Below the pieces are notes generated by a model. The model ran no database searches. It was not told the origin of the DNA and saw only the letters and a program-made list of their open reading frames with translations. Positions 26,274 to 35,889 of a stretch of DNA of 64,000 nt are shown in pieces. Source of the stretch: a virus; IMG/VR virus record IMGVR_UViG_3300037258_000368, positions 2,287-66,286 of that record. One strand, 5' to 3'. Every line of letters starts with the position of its first letter. Position 1 is the stretch's first letter. The position numbers and the translations under genes were made by a program.

Positions 26274-27671
26274 ATGAAAATCATCGAATTCTCAGCCTCG
26301 AACTTCAAGCGGCTGCGTGCCGTCGATATCACGCCCAACGGCCATATGGTCGAAATCAAGGGAAAGAACGGGCAGGGGAAGTCGAGCGTGCTCGACGCGA
26401 TCGAGGCGATTTTCGCCGGTGCGCTGCCGAAGCGGCCGGTCCGCGACGGCGCCGAGCGCTCGGTCCTGCGCGCCAGCGTTGGCGAGGAGGCGGTCGAATA
26501 CATCCTGACCCGGCGGATCAGCGCCGCCGGCGGCAATCCTCCTCTCATCATCGAGGCGCCGTCCGGTGCACGTTATCAGCGGCCGCAGGAATTTGTCGAT
26601 CGGCTCATCGGCGCGATCAGCTTCGACCCGATGGAGTTCGCCCGGCAGAAGCCCAAGGCGCAGTTCGAGGAGCTGCGCAAGATCGTCACCCTCGACGTCG
26701 ATGCCGATGCGCTCGATGGCCAGAACAAGCGCGACTTCGAGACCCGCACCGAGATCAACCGGGATGCGGCCCGCGCGCGCGGGCAGGCGGCAGGAATCCA
26801 GGTCAGCGCCGATCTTCCGCAGCAGCCGATCGACACTGCGGCGCTGATCGCCGAGATGCAGGCCGCAGGCGAGCACAACCGGGCGCTCGACCGCGCCGCC
26901 ACGGCGCGCCAGCAAAGCGACGAGATCATCGCTGCTGATCTGCGCAAGGCTATCGAGCTTGAGAATCAGGCAGCCGAGCTGCTGCGGGAGGCCGAGCGGC
27001 TGCGCAAGCGGGCAAAGGACGGGCGTGAGACGCTCGCCGCGGCGCCGGCGCCGGCCGAGGCGATCGACACCGCGGCGCTCGCCGAGACCCTGCGAAAGGC
27101 ACAGGCGACCAACAGTATGGTCACCGATCGAGACCGGCGGGCGATCCTCGAGGCCGAGGCCACGACGCTCGAAAAACGCGCGACGGCGCTAACCGAGGCG
27201 ATGGACGCGCGCAGCCTCGCGAAGGCCGAGGCGCTGGCCCGCGCCGTCTTCCCGGTGCCCGGGCTCGCCTTCGGCGACGGCGAGATCCTCTATCAGGGCG
27301 TTCCCTTCGAACAGGCGAGCCAGGCCGAGAAGATCCGGGTCAGCGTCGGCGTGGCGATAGCCGCCAATCCGAAGCTGCGTGTGCTCTGTGTACGCGACGG
27401 CTCTCTCCTCGACAGCGACAGCAAGAAACTCCTGTCGGAACTCGTCACGGCTGCCGACTATCAATGCTGGTTCGAGGTGACCGAGGACGACGGGGAGATC
27501 GGCATCATCATCGAGGACGGCGCGGTGCGCGGCGCGCCACCGCCAGCAACAGAATCCCCCGTCGCGGCGGTCCAAACGTCGCCGGAGGCTCAGCCCGCCG
27601 CTCCGCTTCCTGCCGCGCCCGAGGGCAAGACGGTGCGGCGCGCGCGGCCGAAGCCGGGAGGTTTGCTATGA
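26274..27671 (+). CDS. SMC/Rad50-like coiled-coil ATPase
   Basis: GKNGQGKSSVLD Walker A, long coiled coil, degenerate ASQAE signature and RDGSLLD. Confidence 0.88.
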   Translation: MKIIEFSASNFKRLRAVDITPNGHMVEIKGKNGQGKSSVLDAIEAIFAGALPKRPVRDGAERSVLRASVGEEAVEYILTRRISAAGGNPPLIIEAPSGARYQRPQEFVDRLIGAISFDPMEFARQKPKAQFEELRKIVTLDVDADALDGQNKRDFETRTEINRDAARARGQAAGIQVSADLPQQPIDTAALIAEMQAAGEHNRALDRAATARQQSDEIIAADLRKAIELENQAAELLREAERLRKRAKDGRETLAAAPAPAEAIDTAALAETLRKAQATNSMVTDRDRRAILEAEATTLEKRATALTEAMDARSLAKAEALARAVFPVPGLAFGDGEILYQGVPFEQASQAEKIRVSVGVAIAANPKLRVLCVRDGSLLDSDSKKLLSELVTAADYQCWFEVTEDDGEIGIIIEDGAVRGAPPPATESPVAAVQTSPEAQPAAPLPAAPEGKTVRRARPKPGGLL

Positions 27672-28030
27672 CCCTGCCTATCATCGACCGCCGCAGCTTT
27701 CTGGTCATCCGCACCGACGGTTCGGAGGAGACTGTGACCCTTGAGAAAGGAAGCCTTCTCCTCCCGCATGTGCGCGCGGCACTCGGCTTCGACACCCTCG
27801 ATTTTGTGTACATTGGGAACCCAAACTCCGACCTGATAATGGCCGTCGACGATAACGGTTGGGAATTCGATGTGGTGGAGCATGGCGCGCACCATCATGA
27901 GCACGTTCCGACCAAAGCAAAAAAGCCGGTCAACGCCAAAGCGACCGCCTATTACCACGCAATCTGTGTTCCGGGCACCACGCACCAGATCGTAGGCGAT
28001 GTGGCGATCTTTCACGATGGAGACAGGTGA
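27668..28030 (+). CDS. DUF3846-like hypothetical protein
   Basis: MAVDDNG..PVNAKAT..IVGDVAI. Confidence 0.65.
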   Translation: MTLPIIDRRSFLVIRTDGSEETVTLEKGSLLLPHVRAALGFDTLDFVYIGNPNSDLIMAVDDNGWEFDVVEHGAHHHEHVPTKAKKPVNAKATAYYHAICVPGTTHQIVGDVAIFHDGDR

Positions 28031-28230
28031 TGTTTACCGCGACACTTGCCGAACAGGTCGCCTGCGTGCGCCGCGAGATCGCGCTGCGCGAGCGCGTCTA
28101 TCCCAATTGGGTAGCCGCCGGGAGAATGAAGCAGACAGAGGCAACCTGCCAGCTTGAGACAATGCGCGCGGTCCTCGAAACCGTAATCAAGGTCGAGCGG
28201 TTCGCGGGCAGGCTAGGACAACACCAGTGA
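28027..28230 (+). CDS. Hypothetical protein
   Basis: QVACVRREIALRERVYPNWV..MRAVLET. Confidence 0.75.
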   Translation: MMFTATLAEQVACVRREIALRERVYPNWVAAGRMKQTEATCQLETMRAVLETVIKVERFAGRLGQHQ

Positions 28231-28589
28231 GCCCCAACATAGCCCGCGATGAGGAAATCGTCAGGTTGCGCTCACAGGGAAAGACGCTTGCCAAAATCGG
28301 CGACCAGTTCGGAATCGGTCCGGAAAGGGTCAGGCAAATTGTCGCCAAAGCTGAGCGGCGCGCCAAACGCATCCTCACATCCACGGGGGAGGCACCCCAA
28401 ATGACATCGCCGGATAAAGAGTTCGAGGACCTGCAAGGCCTAACGCGTCAGATTGACGATAGTGATCTGCGCAGCAGGATTACCCTCGCTGCGATCGCCT
28501 ATGGTTCGGCATGCGCTCTGAGAGCAATCGACCGCATGGGAAAAGCCTGGGATGAGTCGATAAAGAAATTGGAGCGTAATAATGGCTGA
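28227..28589 (+). CDS. Sigma-70 region-4-like HTH protein (possible second start at 28401)
   Basis: RDEEIVRLR..GKTLAKIGDQFGIGPERVRQI. Confidence 0.65.
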   Translation: MSPNIARDEEIVRLRSQGKTLAKIGDQFGIGPERVRQIVAKAERRAKRILTSTGEAPQMTSPDKEFEDLQGLTRQIDDSDLRSRITLAAIAYGSACALRAIDRMGKAWDESIKKLERNNG

Positions 28590-29358
28590 CACCGAAATCG
28601 CCGTCCGCGAGGACGCCTTGCCGGCGACGCTCGCCGCCTCGACGATCCTACAGGTAATCGCGAGAGCCGCCGCCGATCCGAATGTCGACATCACGAAAAT
28701 GCAAGCTCTCATGGACATGCAAGAACGGCTGATGGCGAGCCAAGCCGAGCAGCAATTCAATGCCGCGATGGCCCGGTTGCAACCCAAGCTCCCGCGCATC
28801 AAAAAGAAGGGCGACGTTAAATATCCGGTCAACAAGAACAATCCCGATGGCCCCACGAAACACGCCTTCTCGTTTGCGCGCATCGAGGATATCGACGATG
28901 TGATCCGCCCTCTCCTCAACGAGGAGGGCTTCAGTCTCTCGGGCGACACGATCGTGCAGCCCGATGGCCGGATTATCGTGACGACGACGCTGCAGCACTG
29001 CGGCAACCACCGGAAGACGGTGCAGATTGGTCCTCTCCCGCTCGATACCTCGGGCGGCAAGAACAACGTCCAGGCGCTGGGCAGCACGTTTAGTTACGGC
29101 TATCGCTACGGGCAGCGTGCGCTCCTCAATTTGGTCTACGAGGGCGAGGACGACGACGGGATGCGCGGCGGCCAGGAATTCATCAGCGCAGAATGCGTCA
29201 AGACGCTGAGCGATCTATTGATCGAGACGAAATCCGATCTCGGCCGCTTCTGCGCCCTGTTCAGCGTCGGCGGACTGCCTGATATCGAGGTCAAGGATTA
29301 CCCGGCCGCGGTCAATGCGCTGCTCGACAAAAGGAAAAGGCTTGGAGGAAATCCATGA
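28582..29358 (+). CDS. erf: ERF-family single-strand annealing protein
   Basis: FNAAMARLQ..FARIEDI..QALGSTFSYGYRY..EDDDG. Confidence 0.9.
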   Translation: MADTEIAVREDALPATLAASTILQVIARAAADPNVDITKMQALMDMQERLMASQAEQQFNAAMARLQPKLPRIKKKGDVKYPVNKNNPDGPTKHAFSFARIEDIDDVIRPLLNEEGFSLSGDTIVQPDGRIIVTTTLQHCGNHRKTVQIGPLPLDTSGGKNNVQALGSTFSYGYRYGQRALLNLVYEGEDDDGMRGGQEFISAECVKTLSDLLIETKSDLGRFCALFSVGGLPDIEVKDYPAAVNALLDKRKRLGGNP

Positions 29359-30257
29359 CGCATGCAGAAATGGCCGCGCTCCTGGGGATGGACGACAACT
29401 ATCGGGTGCTGCGCCGCCTCGCTCCTGCGCCAGCTTATTGCACGCCGACCGATGGGGTGGAAAAGCGCATCGCCGCTCTCGTTGATGTCGAGACGACCGG
29501 GCTCGATCCCGCGCATGACAAGATCATCGAGTTGGGGATGTTGCTCTTCGAGTATGGCCCCGACGGCCAGATTTACGAGGCGCTGAGCCCTCACTCGCAA
29601 TGGTTTGAAGATCCTGGCGTACCAATCTCAGCGGAGATCACGAAAATCAACGGGATCACCGACAGTATGGTCGCCAGCTGCCGGATCGACGACGCGGAAA
29701 TAGACCGCCTGCTGCCCTCGGTCAGCGTCGTCATTTCCCACAACGCCGCGTTCGACCGCCCCTTTCTCGAAAAGCGCGTTCCTGGCTTTGAGCGAAAAGC
29801 GTGGGGCTGCTCCATGAGCGCGATCGATTGGCGGGCAGAGGGCTGCACCTCTCGCTCCCTCGAATTTATCGCCTTCAAATCCGGTGTTTTCTATGACGGA
29901 CACCGGGCCATTGTGGATTGCCAAGCACTGCTGCACGTCCTGGCCCAGCCGCTGCCGGTAAGCGGGCGCCGCGCGCTCGCCGCGCTCCTCGATGCGGAGC
30001 GCGTGCCGACTTGGCGAATTTGGGCGCGTGGCGCACCCTTTGAGGCAAAGGACATTCTGAAGGCGCGCGGCTGCACTTGGAGTTCCGGCGAGAACGGGCG
30101 CCCGAAAAGCTGGTTTCGGGACGTGCCGGACCCTGCCTACCTCGACGAAGCTGCGTGGATGCGAGCGAATGCCGGCGTGCGCGAGGTCTGGGGTTTGCCC
30201 TTCACCGCGAGCAAGCGATATTCCGATCGCTGTTGGGACTGGGGGAAGCGGCTATGA
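29355..30257 (+). CDS. DnaQ-like DEDDh 3'-5' exonuclease
   Basis: DVETTG, HNAAFDR, HRAIVDC. Confidence 0.92.
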   Translation: MTHAEMAALLGMDDNYRVLRRLAPAPAYCTPTDGVEKRIAALVDVETTGLDPAHDKIIELGMLLFEYGPDGQIYEALSPHSQWFEDPGVPISAEITKINGITDSMVASCRIDDAEIDRLLPSVSVVISHNAAFDRPFLEKRVPGFERKAWGCSMSAIDWRAEGCTSRSLEFIAFKSGVFYDGHRAIVDCQALLHVLAQPLPVSGRRALAALLDAERVPTWRIWARGAPFEAKDILKARGCTWSSGENGRPKSWFRDVPDPAYLDEAAWMRANAGVREVWGLPFTASKRYSDRCWDWGKRL

Positions 30258-31003
30258 TTATCCACCGCATGCCACAGGGATCGCTCGCGTGGCTTGAGGT
30301 TCGTCTCGGCCTGCCGACCGCAAGCGAGTTCGACAAGATCGTCGACAACGATGGCAATCTACGCCGGAACCGCAGCGACAAATCGCAATGGTCGCAACAG
30401 ACCCGGAAGTACGCCTTCACCCTCGTCGCCGAGGCCGTGCTAAACCGCAGCCTCGAAACGCTGACTGGGATCGAGTGGATCGAACGCGGCAAGGAACTCG
30501 AACCGCAGGCTGCTAAGGCCTATGAATTCAGCCAGGAGGTCGAGACGCAGCCGGTCGGCTTCGTCACCACCGACGACGGCGAGATCGGCGCAAGCCCAGA
30601 CCGGCTCGTCGGTGATAACGGACTCCTCGAAATCAAATGCCCCGCGCCGCAGACTCATATCCGCTACATGGTCGATGGCTTTGACGAGGGGTACAAAGCC
30701 CAAGTCCAGGGCCAGCTTTATGTCAGCGAGCGCGATTGGGCCGATTGGATGTCCTATAGCCCCGAAATGCCGAAGTGCGTCATCCGAGCCGTCCGCGACG
30801 AGCGTTATATCCAAGCGCTCGCTGATTCGCTCGACGCCTTTCTCGACATGAAGGCGGGCCTCTTGGAGCAGGTTCGCGCGGCCGGCTACTTCGCCGAGCA
30901 CGCCCGCATGTTGACGGCGGTCGATGATCAGCGCGCCGCCCTCGAACTGTCGCAAGAAGCACTCGAAGACCCCTTCGGATTGCCGCCGCTGAAAGGATTT
31001 TGA
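30254..31003 (+). CDS. YqaJ/lambda-exonuclease family protein
   Basis: QGSLAW..PTASEF..RGKELEP..GASPDRLV..LEIKCP..QVQGQL. Confidence 0.92.
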   Translation: MIIHRMPQGSLAWLEVRLGLPTASEFDKIVDNDGNLRRNRSDKSQWSQQTRKYAFTLVAEAVLNRSLETLTGIEWIERGKELEPQAAKAYEFSQEVETQPVGFVTTDDGEIGASPDRLVGDNGLLEIKCPAPQTHIRYMVDGFDEGYKAQVQGQLYVSERDWADWMSYSPEMPKCVIRAVRDERYIQALADSLDAFLDMKAGLLEQVRAAGYFAEHARMLTAVDDQRAALELSQEALEDPFGLPPLKGF

Positions 31004-31122
31004 GCGATGGACGCCTGGACGCACACAGATCCTTCGCAGCTGCTCGCTTTTCTTTTCCTGATCGGGATGGTCGCGGCTGGCGTGAAGTGGTGCTGTTTCC
31101 CACCGCGCCGGGAGCGCGGACC

Positions 31123-31539
31123 ATGAACGGCCGGATGAGTGCCGTTCTCGGCGGCATCGTCCTGGTCGGCGCCTTTGTCGCTCTCGCGGTGCCCGAACCG
31201 CACGCCGGCGACGCGCGCATCGCCTCAACCAGCGAGATCGAGGTTTGCGCCACCGATGGTCTGCCGGGCAGCAGCTACAGCCGCGCCCACCGTGTCGTGC
31301 GCCGCCGCGGGGTGGCGGGACACGAGATCGATCATATCGTGCCGCTCTGCCTCGGCGGGGCCGATGTCGACGCCAATATCCAAGTCGAGCCGATCGATGA
31401 AGCGCTGCGGAAGGATGCGCTTGAACGCGAGGCCTGCATCCGGGTCTGCCGCTACCACACCCTTTCCCTGATCGAGGCGCAGTCGTGGTTCATCGGGAAT
31501 TGGACTGTTGCGTATCGGCGCGAAATCGAAGGCCGCTAG
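31123..31539 (+). CDS. HNH-family protein with signal/TM N-terminus
   Basis: EIDHIVPLCLGG..N..KDALE; hydrophobic N-terminus. Confidence 0.75.
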   Translation: MNGRMSAVLGGIVLVGAFVALAVPEPHAGDARIASTSEIEVCATDGLPGSSYSRAHRVVRRRGVAGHEIDHIVPLCLGGADVDANIQVEPIDEALRKDALEREACIRVCRYHTLSLIEAQSWFIGNWTVAYRREIEGR

Positions 31540-31606
31540 CTCATCCTGGTAGAGCGCCGGCCTTTGAAGCCGGAGGCACGAGGTTCGAGTCCTCGGCGGC
31601 CTGCCA
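31530..31606 (+). tRNA. tRNA-Gln (UUG)
   Basis: Acceptor AGGCCGC/GCGGCCT, anticodon loop CT-TTG-AA, T loop TTCGAGT, G73 and encoded CCA. Confidence 0.93.
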
Positions 31607-31608
31607 AA

Positions 31609-31682
31609 GCCGGGTTCGTTCAACGGTAGGATGCCGCGTTCTGAGCGCGGTGATCGAGGTTCGATTCCTCGCCCCGGTGCCA
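31609..31682 (+). tRNA. tRNA-Gln (CUG)
   Basis: Anticodon stem CCGCG/CGCGG, loop TT-CTG-AG, T loop TTCGATT, G73 and CCA; G1-U72 and a 7:66 mismatch. Confidence 0.88.
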
Positions 31683-31687
31683 GACAC

Positions 31688-31721
31688 AAAAAAAGCCGCC
31701 GCGGGATCGCTCCCGGGCGGC
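31688..31721 (-). terminator. Hairpin with A-tract (terminator, minus-strand or bidirectional)
   Basis: aaaaaaa-gccgcc..ggcggc right after the tRNAs. Confidence 0.5.
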
Positions 31722-31952
31722 ACCGGCCCGCTCCTTTAGCGGGCTTGAGAGGATAGGAGATCCTGAGGTAAATGGCCGCCAAAATGAGATATTGCGCATA
31801 TTGCGGAGATGAACTCGGAATGATCGAGGATCGCCATTACGAGAGAGGGGACACCTGCGGAAAAAGAGAATGCGATCAAGACGCCCGCGACCGCGGGCAG
31901 GAGGAACGGGATGATCGCCATCGCCAACTCGACGAAGATATGGGGTATTGAG

Positions 31953-32387
31953 ATGACGACCTACAGCAACCCGCGCATGGAAGCCACTCTCGCCACTTGG
32001 ACTAGAATCAGCACCATTCCCAATTGGACTAGAGTCAGACCAAATCTCGGTGCAGTCCACCTCGCCGTCGAAACGGTCGAAGGCAAAGGCCAGCGCGCCA
32101 CCCGCTACACGCTAGGCGATTGGCCCGATGCCAAGCCCAGCGCAACGAAGCGCGACACCTACAACCTGCGCACCCGCATCGTCGATGGCGACGACGGCAA
32201 AACCTACATCATCGGCATGACGATGTACGGCTTCGTCAACGTCACCCGCAGCGACCTCAAGACCCAGCAGGAGACAGTGTGGCCGAAAGATGAGCGCTGG
32301 GCCTCGCTGGTCGCGATGTTCGACTATTCCGCCGACGAGATCGCCCGGCTTAATGCCCGGCTGCTCGCGCAGGAGAGCCGGAGATGA
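31953..32387 (+). CDS. Hypothetical phage protein
   Basis: MTTYSNPRME..RIVDGDDGKTYII. Confidence 0.75.
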   Translation: MTTYSNPRMEATLATWTRISTIPNWTRVRPNLGAVHLAVETVEGKGQRATRYTLGDWPDAKPSATKRDTYNLRTRIVDGDDGKTYIIGMTMYGFVNVTRSDLKTQQETVWPKDERWASLVAMFDYSADEIARLNARLLAQESRR

Positions 32388-32938
32388 CACAGGAGACCCC
32401 GCTCCCATCTTCGTCCACCACGGCGTTCTTCGATCAGAGTCGCCCGTTGCCAGCCGCGGCACAGCAACCAGTGATCGCAATGATGGAAGACCATTTCGTC
32501 GTGAACATGGTCGTCCGCACTCGGGAAAAGGCTCGGGCGCTGAGGCGCATGATCGAACTGAGTGAGCAGCTATTACCCGAAACAGACGCCCCAGAGAAAG
32601 CGCCAGTAAGCGTGAGCGCGATCGAGCGAGCAAGGAGCGCCGTCACCGAGATCCTCACCGTACACCAAAATCTTGGCGATACAGTTCACTCTCATCCCGA
32701 TGTCGATTGGTCCGTTATCGCCGGCGAGATCGAGGCCGCCGAGCGCCGGGGCCGCGAGCAAATGCGGGAGGCGCTTAACGAGGGCATCCGCGCTCTACAA
32801 GACATTGGCGGGGGCAATTTAGACTATGGAGACGAGCCACTGGCGGCAACTGCGTTACATGCTCTTGGTGCACTTGACCGGATCAACCGCGCCCTCTCGC
32901 TCGACCCTCCGATCATGCAGGAGAATTCAGATGGCTGA
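32384..32938 (+). CDS. Hypothetical protein
   Basis: ATGA coupling; GGAG RBS. Confidence 0.6.
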   Translation: MTQETPLPSSSTTAFFDQSRPLPAAAQQPVIAMMEDHFVVNMVVRTREKARALRRMIELSEQLLPETDAPEKAPVSVSAIERARSAVTEILTVHQNLGDTVHSHPDVDWSVIAGEIEAAERRGREQMREALNEGIRALQDIGGGNLDYGDEPLAATALHALGALDRINRALSLDPPIMQENSDG

Positions 32939-33123
32939 ACATCTAATCGACGGAGAATTCCAGAGCGATGAACAACGGCCTGTCAACTTCCGGCACTCGG
33001 TCGCGCGCCAGATCAGCCAGGAGAACATCCGGCCCGGCGTCATGCGTATGGCGCACAGGTTGCGGCGCTCGACAGGTCGGCTCACCTCACCAACGGTGCC
33101 GCCCCTGCAATTGTCGCGAGAGG

Positions 33124-33300
33124 TCATTTTGACCAATCGATCGCTGCTGCCCAACCCACCACGAGCACAATGAGCGACGTTATCACGCTCAATGTTTCAA
33201 GTGCGGCGAACCAGAACGTATCAACCTCGCCAAAATGATAGAGCGCGATCGGAACGGCCTGCCAGGCAAGCACGGCAAGAGCGGAATAGAGAAACGGCAT
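33124..33300 (-). CDS. Small membrane protein
   Basis: Two hydrophobic segments; end of the lysis operon. Confidence 0.5.
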   Translation of the reverse strand: MPFLYSALAVLAWQAVPIALYHFGEVDTFWFAALETLSVITSLIVLVVGWAAAIDWSK

Positions 33301-33305
33301 TAGGG

Positions 33306-33512
33306 TCACCCGAACCAATGCACGCAGAGCGCCACCGCGACGCCCCACACCACCATCGGCAGCCAGTGGTGCGCCTTGGCCCAGCGGCGGATCGTGTCGC
33401 TGAGGGTCCATTGCGCGCCGCCGGCGAAGTACCAGGATAGCGCCTCGGCCGGCAGGAAGGTGATGGCGATCGTCAAAAGCCAATAAAACCAGAAGGCGGT
33501 CCAGAAGGTCAT
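33306..33512 (-). CDS. Small Trp-rich two-TM membrane protein
   Basis: MTFWTAFW..EAL..TLSDTIRRW..HWFG; ATGA coupling. Confidence 0.7.
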   Translation of the reverse strand: MTFWTAFWFYWLLTIAITFLPAEALSWYFAGGAQWTLSDTIRRWAKAHHWLPMVVWGVAVALCVHWFG

Positions 33513-33931
33513 GCAGCGACCTCGCCAATCGCGTGCCGCCCCCAGAGGTTCGCCAGCCAAAGCCGGTGATCGAGTGGCACGGCGGCATCGTTCCAGTTCT
33601 CGTAAAGATCAGTAGGCCCGCAATCGAGATGGAATTGCCCGGCGCGCTTGACCGTGGCAAGCAACTCGACAAGGCCGCTCGGTTGCAGCCAATAGGCATT
33701 CCAACACCAATTCCCGTACCCCCCTTTGGCCGCGAGGATGGGCCAATTACGGCGACATAGACGGATCGCGCCCGTCAATTCGGAAAATCGCGGGGCCGGG
33801 GCGCGCGCGCTCATAAATTCGATGCTCTCGCCGTCCCATGTCTCCACCTGGAGAGCTTCCGCCCGGCCAGCGAAAATGCCGTTGTCGGGATCGTTGCAAC
33901 ACACGTCGAGGCGAACTCTCGCAAGGCCCAT
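33509..33931 (-). CDS. Hypothetical protein
   Basis: CNDPDNGIFAGRA..GNWCWNAYW. Confidence 0.7.
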   Translation of the reverse strand: MGLARVRLDVCCNDPDNGIFAGRAEALQVETWDGESIEFMSARAPAPRFSELTGAIRLCRRNWPILAAKGGYGNWCWNAYWLQPSGLVELLATVKRAGQFHLDCGPTDLYENWNDAAVPLDHRLWLANLWGRHAIGEVAA

Positions 33932-33932
33932 C

Positions 33933-34301
33933 TCACCCCCCGCGCACCTGCGCCACGGCAGCCCGCAGCGTCACCGGCAGGCCGGTCAGCCACGCGATCG
34001 TGCTCGGATCGTTGACCGCCTTCGTCGTCAGCGCCGCGATCGCCTGCGCCCCGACGCAGCTGCCGGTGATGAACGTCAGCACGCCGGCGACCTGCGGGAT
34101 CGCAGCAAGGGGGGTCATGCTCACGCCGGCAGCCGCCGTGTTTGCGATGCCGCAGCCCTCGACGATCTTCGCCTGGATCGCGGCCTGATCCGCCTGGACC
34201 GTCGTCACGACGCCGGCCGGGATAATCCCAGCGCAGGCTCCCAACAGCAGCGCCGCACCAAAGCCGGCGCCGACAAACCACCGCATTCTGTTTCTGATCA
34301 T
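33933..34301 (-). CDS. Lipoprotein in the lysis cassette (spanin candidate)
   Basis: AAGGAG RBS; lipobox LGA-C. Confidence 0.65.
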   Translation of the reverse strand: MIRNRMRWFVGAGFGAALLLGACAGIIPAGVVTTVQADQAAIQAKIVEGCGIANTAAAGVSMTPLAAIPQVAGVLTFITGSCVGAQAIAALTTKAVNDPSTIAWLTGLPVTLRAAVAQVRGG

Positions 34302-34348
34302 GGTCGACTCCTTGAGTACCCTAATGCGCAGCGAGATATCGCTGCCTT

Positions 34349-35398
34349 TCAGTTGAGCGAGAGCGCCGATTGCGGCACCCAGCCATCGCACCCCGAGGCG
34401 AACACGACGAACCAGTATGTGACGCCGTTGACTGTGCGCGGCCCGGCGACGATCGTGCCGTTAACGCCGATCGCTTGGGTGCAGAGCGTGCCGCCCCGCC
34501 CCGCGCGGCTCATGACGGCAATGGAGCCGGCCGTGATCACGGCGGCGCCGAGTAGCCACAGCGTGTCAGCCGGGACAGGCTGCGGCGGCGGCGCAACGAC
34601 AACCGGCGCCAATTGGTAGACCTGCACGTCGGCAACCGCCATCTCGAAAGGCCCTGGATGGTTCACCGGATCGGCAACCGTGTGCCACCCGGCCGTCTTC
34701 GCCCCGGCCATCTCAAGCTCGATGATCAGCTCGTAGGACGCGTTGGTCGAGACGCCATCGGTCCAGGTGAACATCAGCTTGCCGTCGAGGAACACCTTCC
34801 ACGACTTACCGGGAACGTACTCGACGCCATAGGTGTGATATCCGGCCGAGAGATCGACGCCAGCATCGGCTAAGTGCTGCGTTTTATTGCCTCCCCACCA
34901 ATGCGAGGCCAGGATGTGGTTCGCCGTCAGGCTGCCCGTGGTGCCGTAGTTGCCGCCCTCTTGCAGGTCGAATTCCTTGCCGTCCGATCCCGCACTTGGC
35001 AGCAGCCACAACGAAGGCCACGCGCCGTAGCGGCTGTCCGGCATCTTGGCGCTGATCTGGAGATAGCCGCCGGCCGCCGGAATATGGAACTTGCCGCCGT
35101 AGGTCGAGACTCCCCCTGAAACCCACGTATAGCCAGCTTTCGTACCATCCGGCTTGGCCGTCAGCAGCAACCCCGCCGATCCCGTGGTGATCTGCCCCGG
35201 CGCTTCCCATTGGATCTGATAGCTGCCCGAGTTCTCGCCGGAATCGGGCGCCGGCAGCGCGCCGCGGTTGGTCCACCGCCCAAAGGCGTCATCCCCCATG
35301 CCGGGGTTCCACTTCGTCGTGTCGAGCGTCGGGCCGAGAAAAGTGTCCTCGAAGATCAGCTGCGAGGCGACGTATCCGGAAGGCGCCGACAATGTCAT
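34349..35398 (-). CDS. GH16 glycoside hydrolase with SH3-like C-terminal tail
   Basis: LIFEDTF..LDTTKW, GAWPSLWLL, catalytic EFDLQE, YHTYGVEY, VQVYQ; tail GVTYWFV..DGWV. Confidence 0.88.
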   Translation of the reverse strand: MTLSAPSGYVASQLIFEDTFLGPTLDTTKWNPGMGDDAFGRWTNRGALPAPDSGENSGSYQIQWEAPGQITTGSAGLLLTAKPDGTKAGYTWVSGGVSTYGGKFHIPAAGGYLQISAKMPDSRYGAWPSLWLLPSAGSDGKEFDLQEGGNYGTTGSLTANHILASHWWGGNKTQHLADAGVDLSAGYHTYGVEYVPGKSWKVFLDGKLMFTWTDGVSTNASYELIIELEMAGAKTAGWHTVADPVNHPGPFEMAVADVQVYQLAPVVVAPPPQPVPADTLWLLGAAVITAGSIAVMSRAGRGGTLCTQAIGVNGTIVAGPRTVNGVTYWFVVFASGCDGWVPQSALSLN

Positions 35399-35412
35399 CG
35401 AATCATCTCCTT

Positions 35413-35889
35413 TTAGAGGGGGGATTGGGCGCGCGCTCCTGCTGATCCGACCACGACAACCGGTGATGCAGATTCCGGCACGACGCGCGGCGTCGGGTCG
35501 AGGGGCGTCACGACGATGGGCGCGGGACTCGCGGACAGCGCAAGGTTTGTCTTGATGTGTTCGAGACCGATCTTCGCTTCGATTTTGGCGGCGATTGCAG
35601 CCGGGGTAATGCCAAGCCGCGTCGTTTCCGGGCCAGCCTGCTCCAGAACATAACGCACGCCGACGGCGAGGCTGGCGGGAACGCCGGTGACTTGCGGGTG
35701 CAGCGCCACGATGCCGCCGTCTGCCGCCTGCTGAATAGCGCCAAGGCTATTCTGCACCGCCGCCTCGACGGTCGCGGCCGCCGTCTGATTCTTGATATGC
35801 GCGGTCAGCCACGCCGACACGACGAGGGCAAGGATCGAAAAGCCGCCCCCGATAACGGATACCGCGATGCCAGTCAGGTCCACCGTCAT
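35413..35889 (-). CDS. Holin-like membrane protein
   Basis: Single N-terminal TM and ..IAAKIEAKIG; ATGA-coupled to the endolysin. Confidence 0.65.
   Translation of the reverse strand: MTVDLTGIAVSVIGGGFSILALVVSAWLTAHIKNQTAAATVEAAVQNSLGAIQQAADGGIVALHPQVTGVPASLAVGVRYVLEQAGPETTRLGITPAAIAAKIEAKIGLEHIKTNLALSASPAPIVVTPLDPTPRVVPESASPVVVVGSAGARAQSPL

Noticed and set aside
31530-31682. Suppressor tRNAs or stop-codon recoding
   Set aside because: Anticodons read TTG and CTG (Gln); core genes are intact in the standard code
32931-33173. ORF MAEHLIDGEFQSD.. as a gene or pseudogene
   Set aside because: Has an RBS but the downstream sequence is unconvincing and overlaps a convergent gene; cannot be supported without a homolog search
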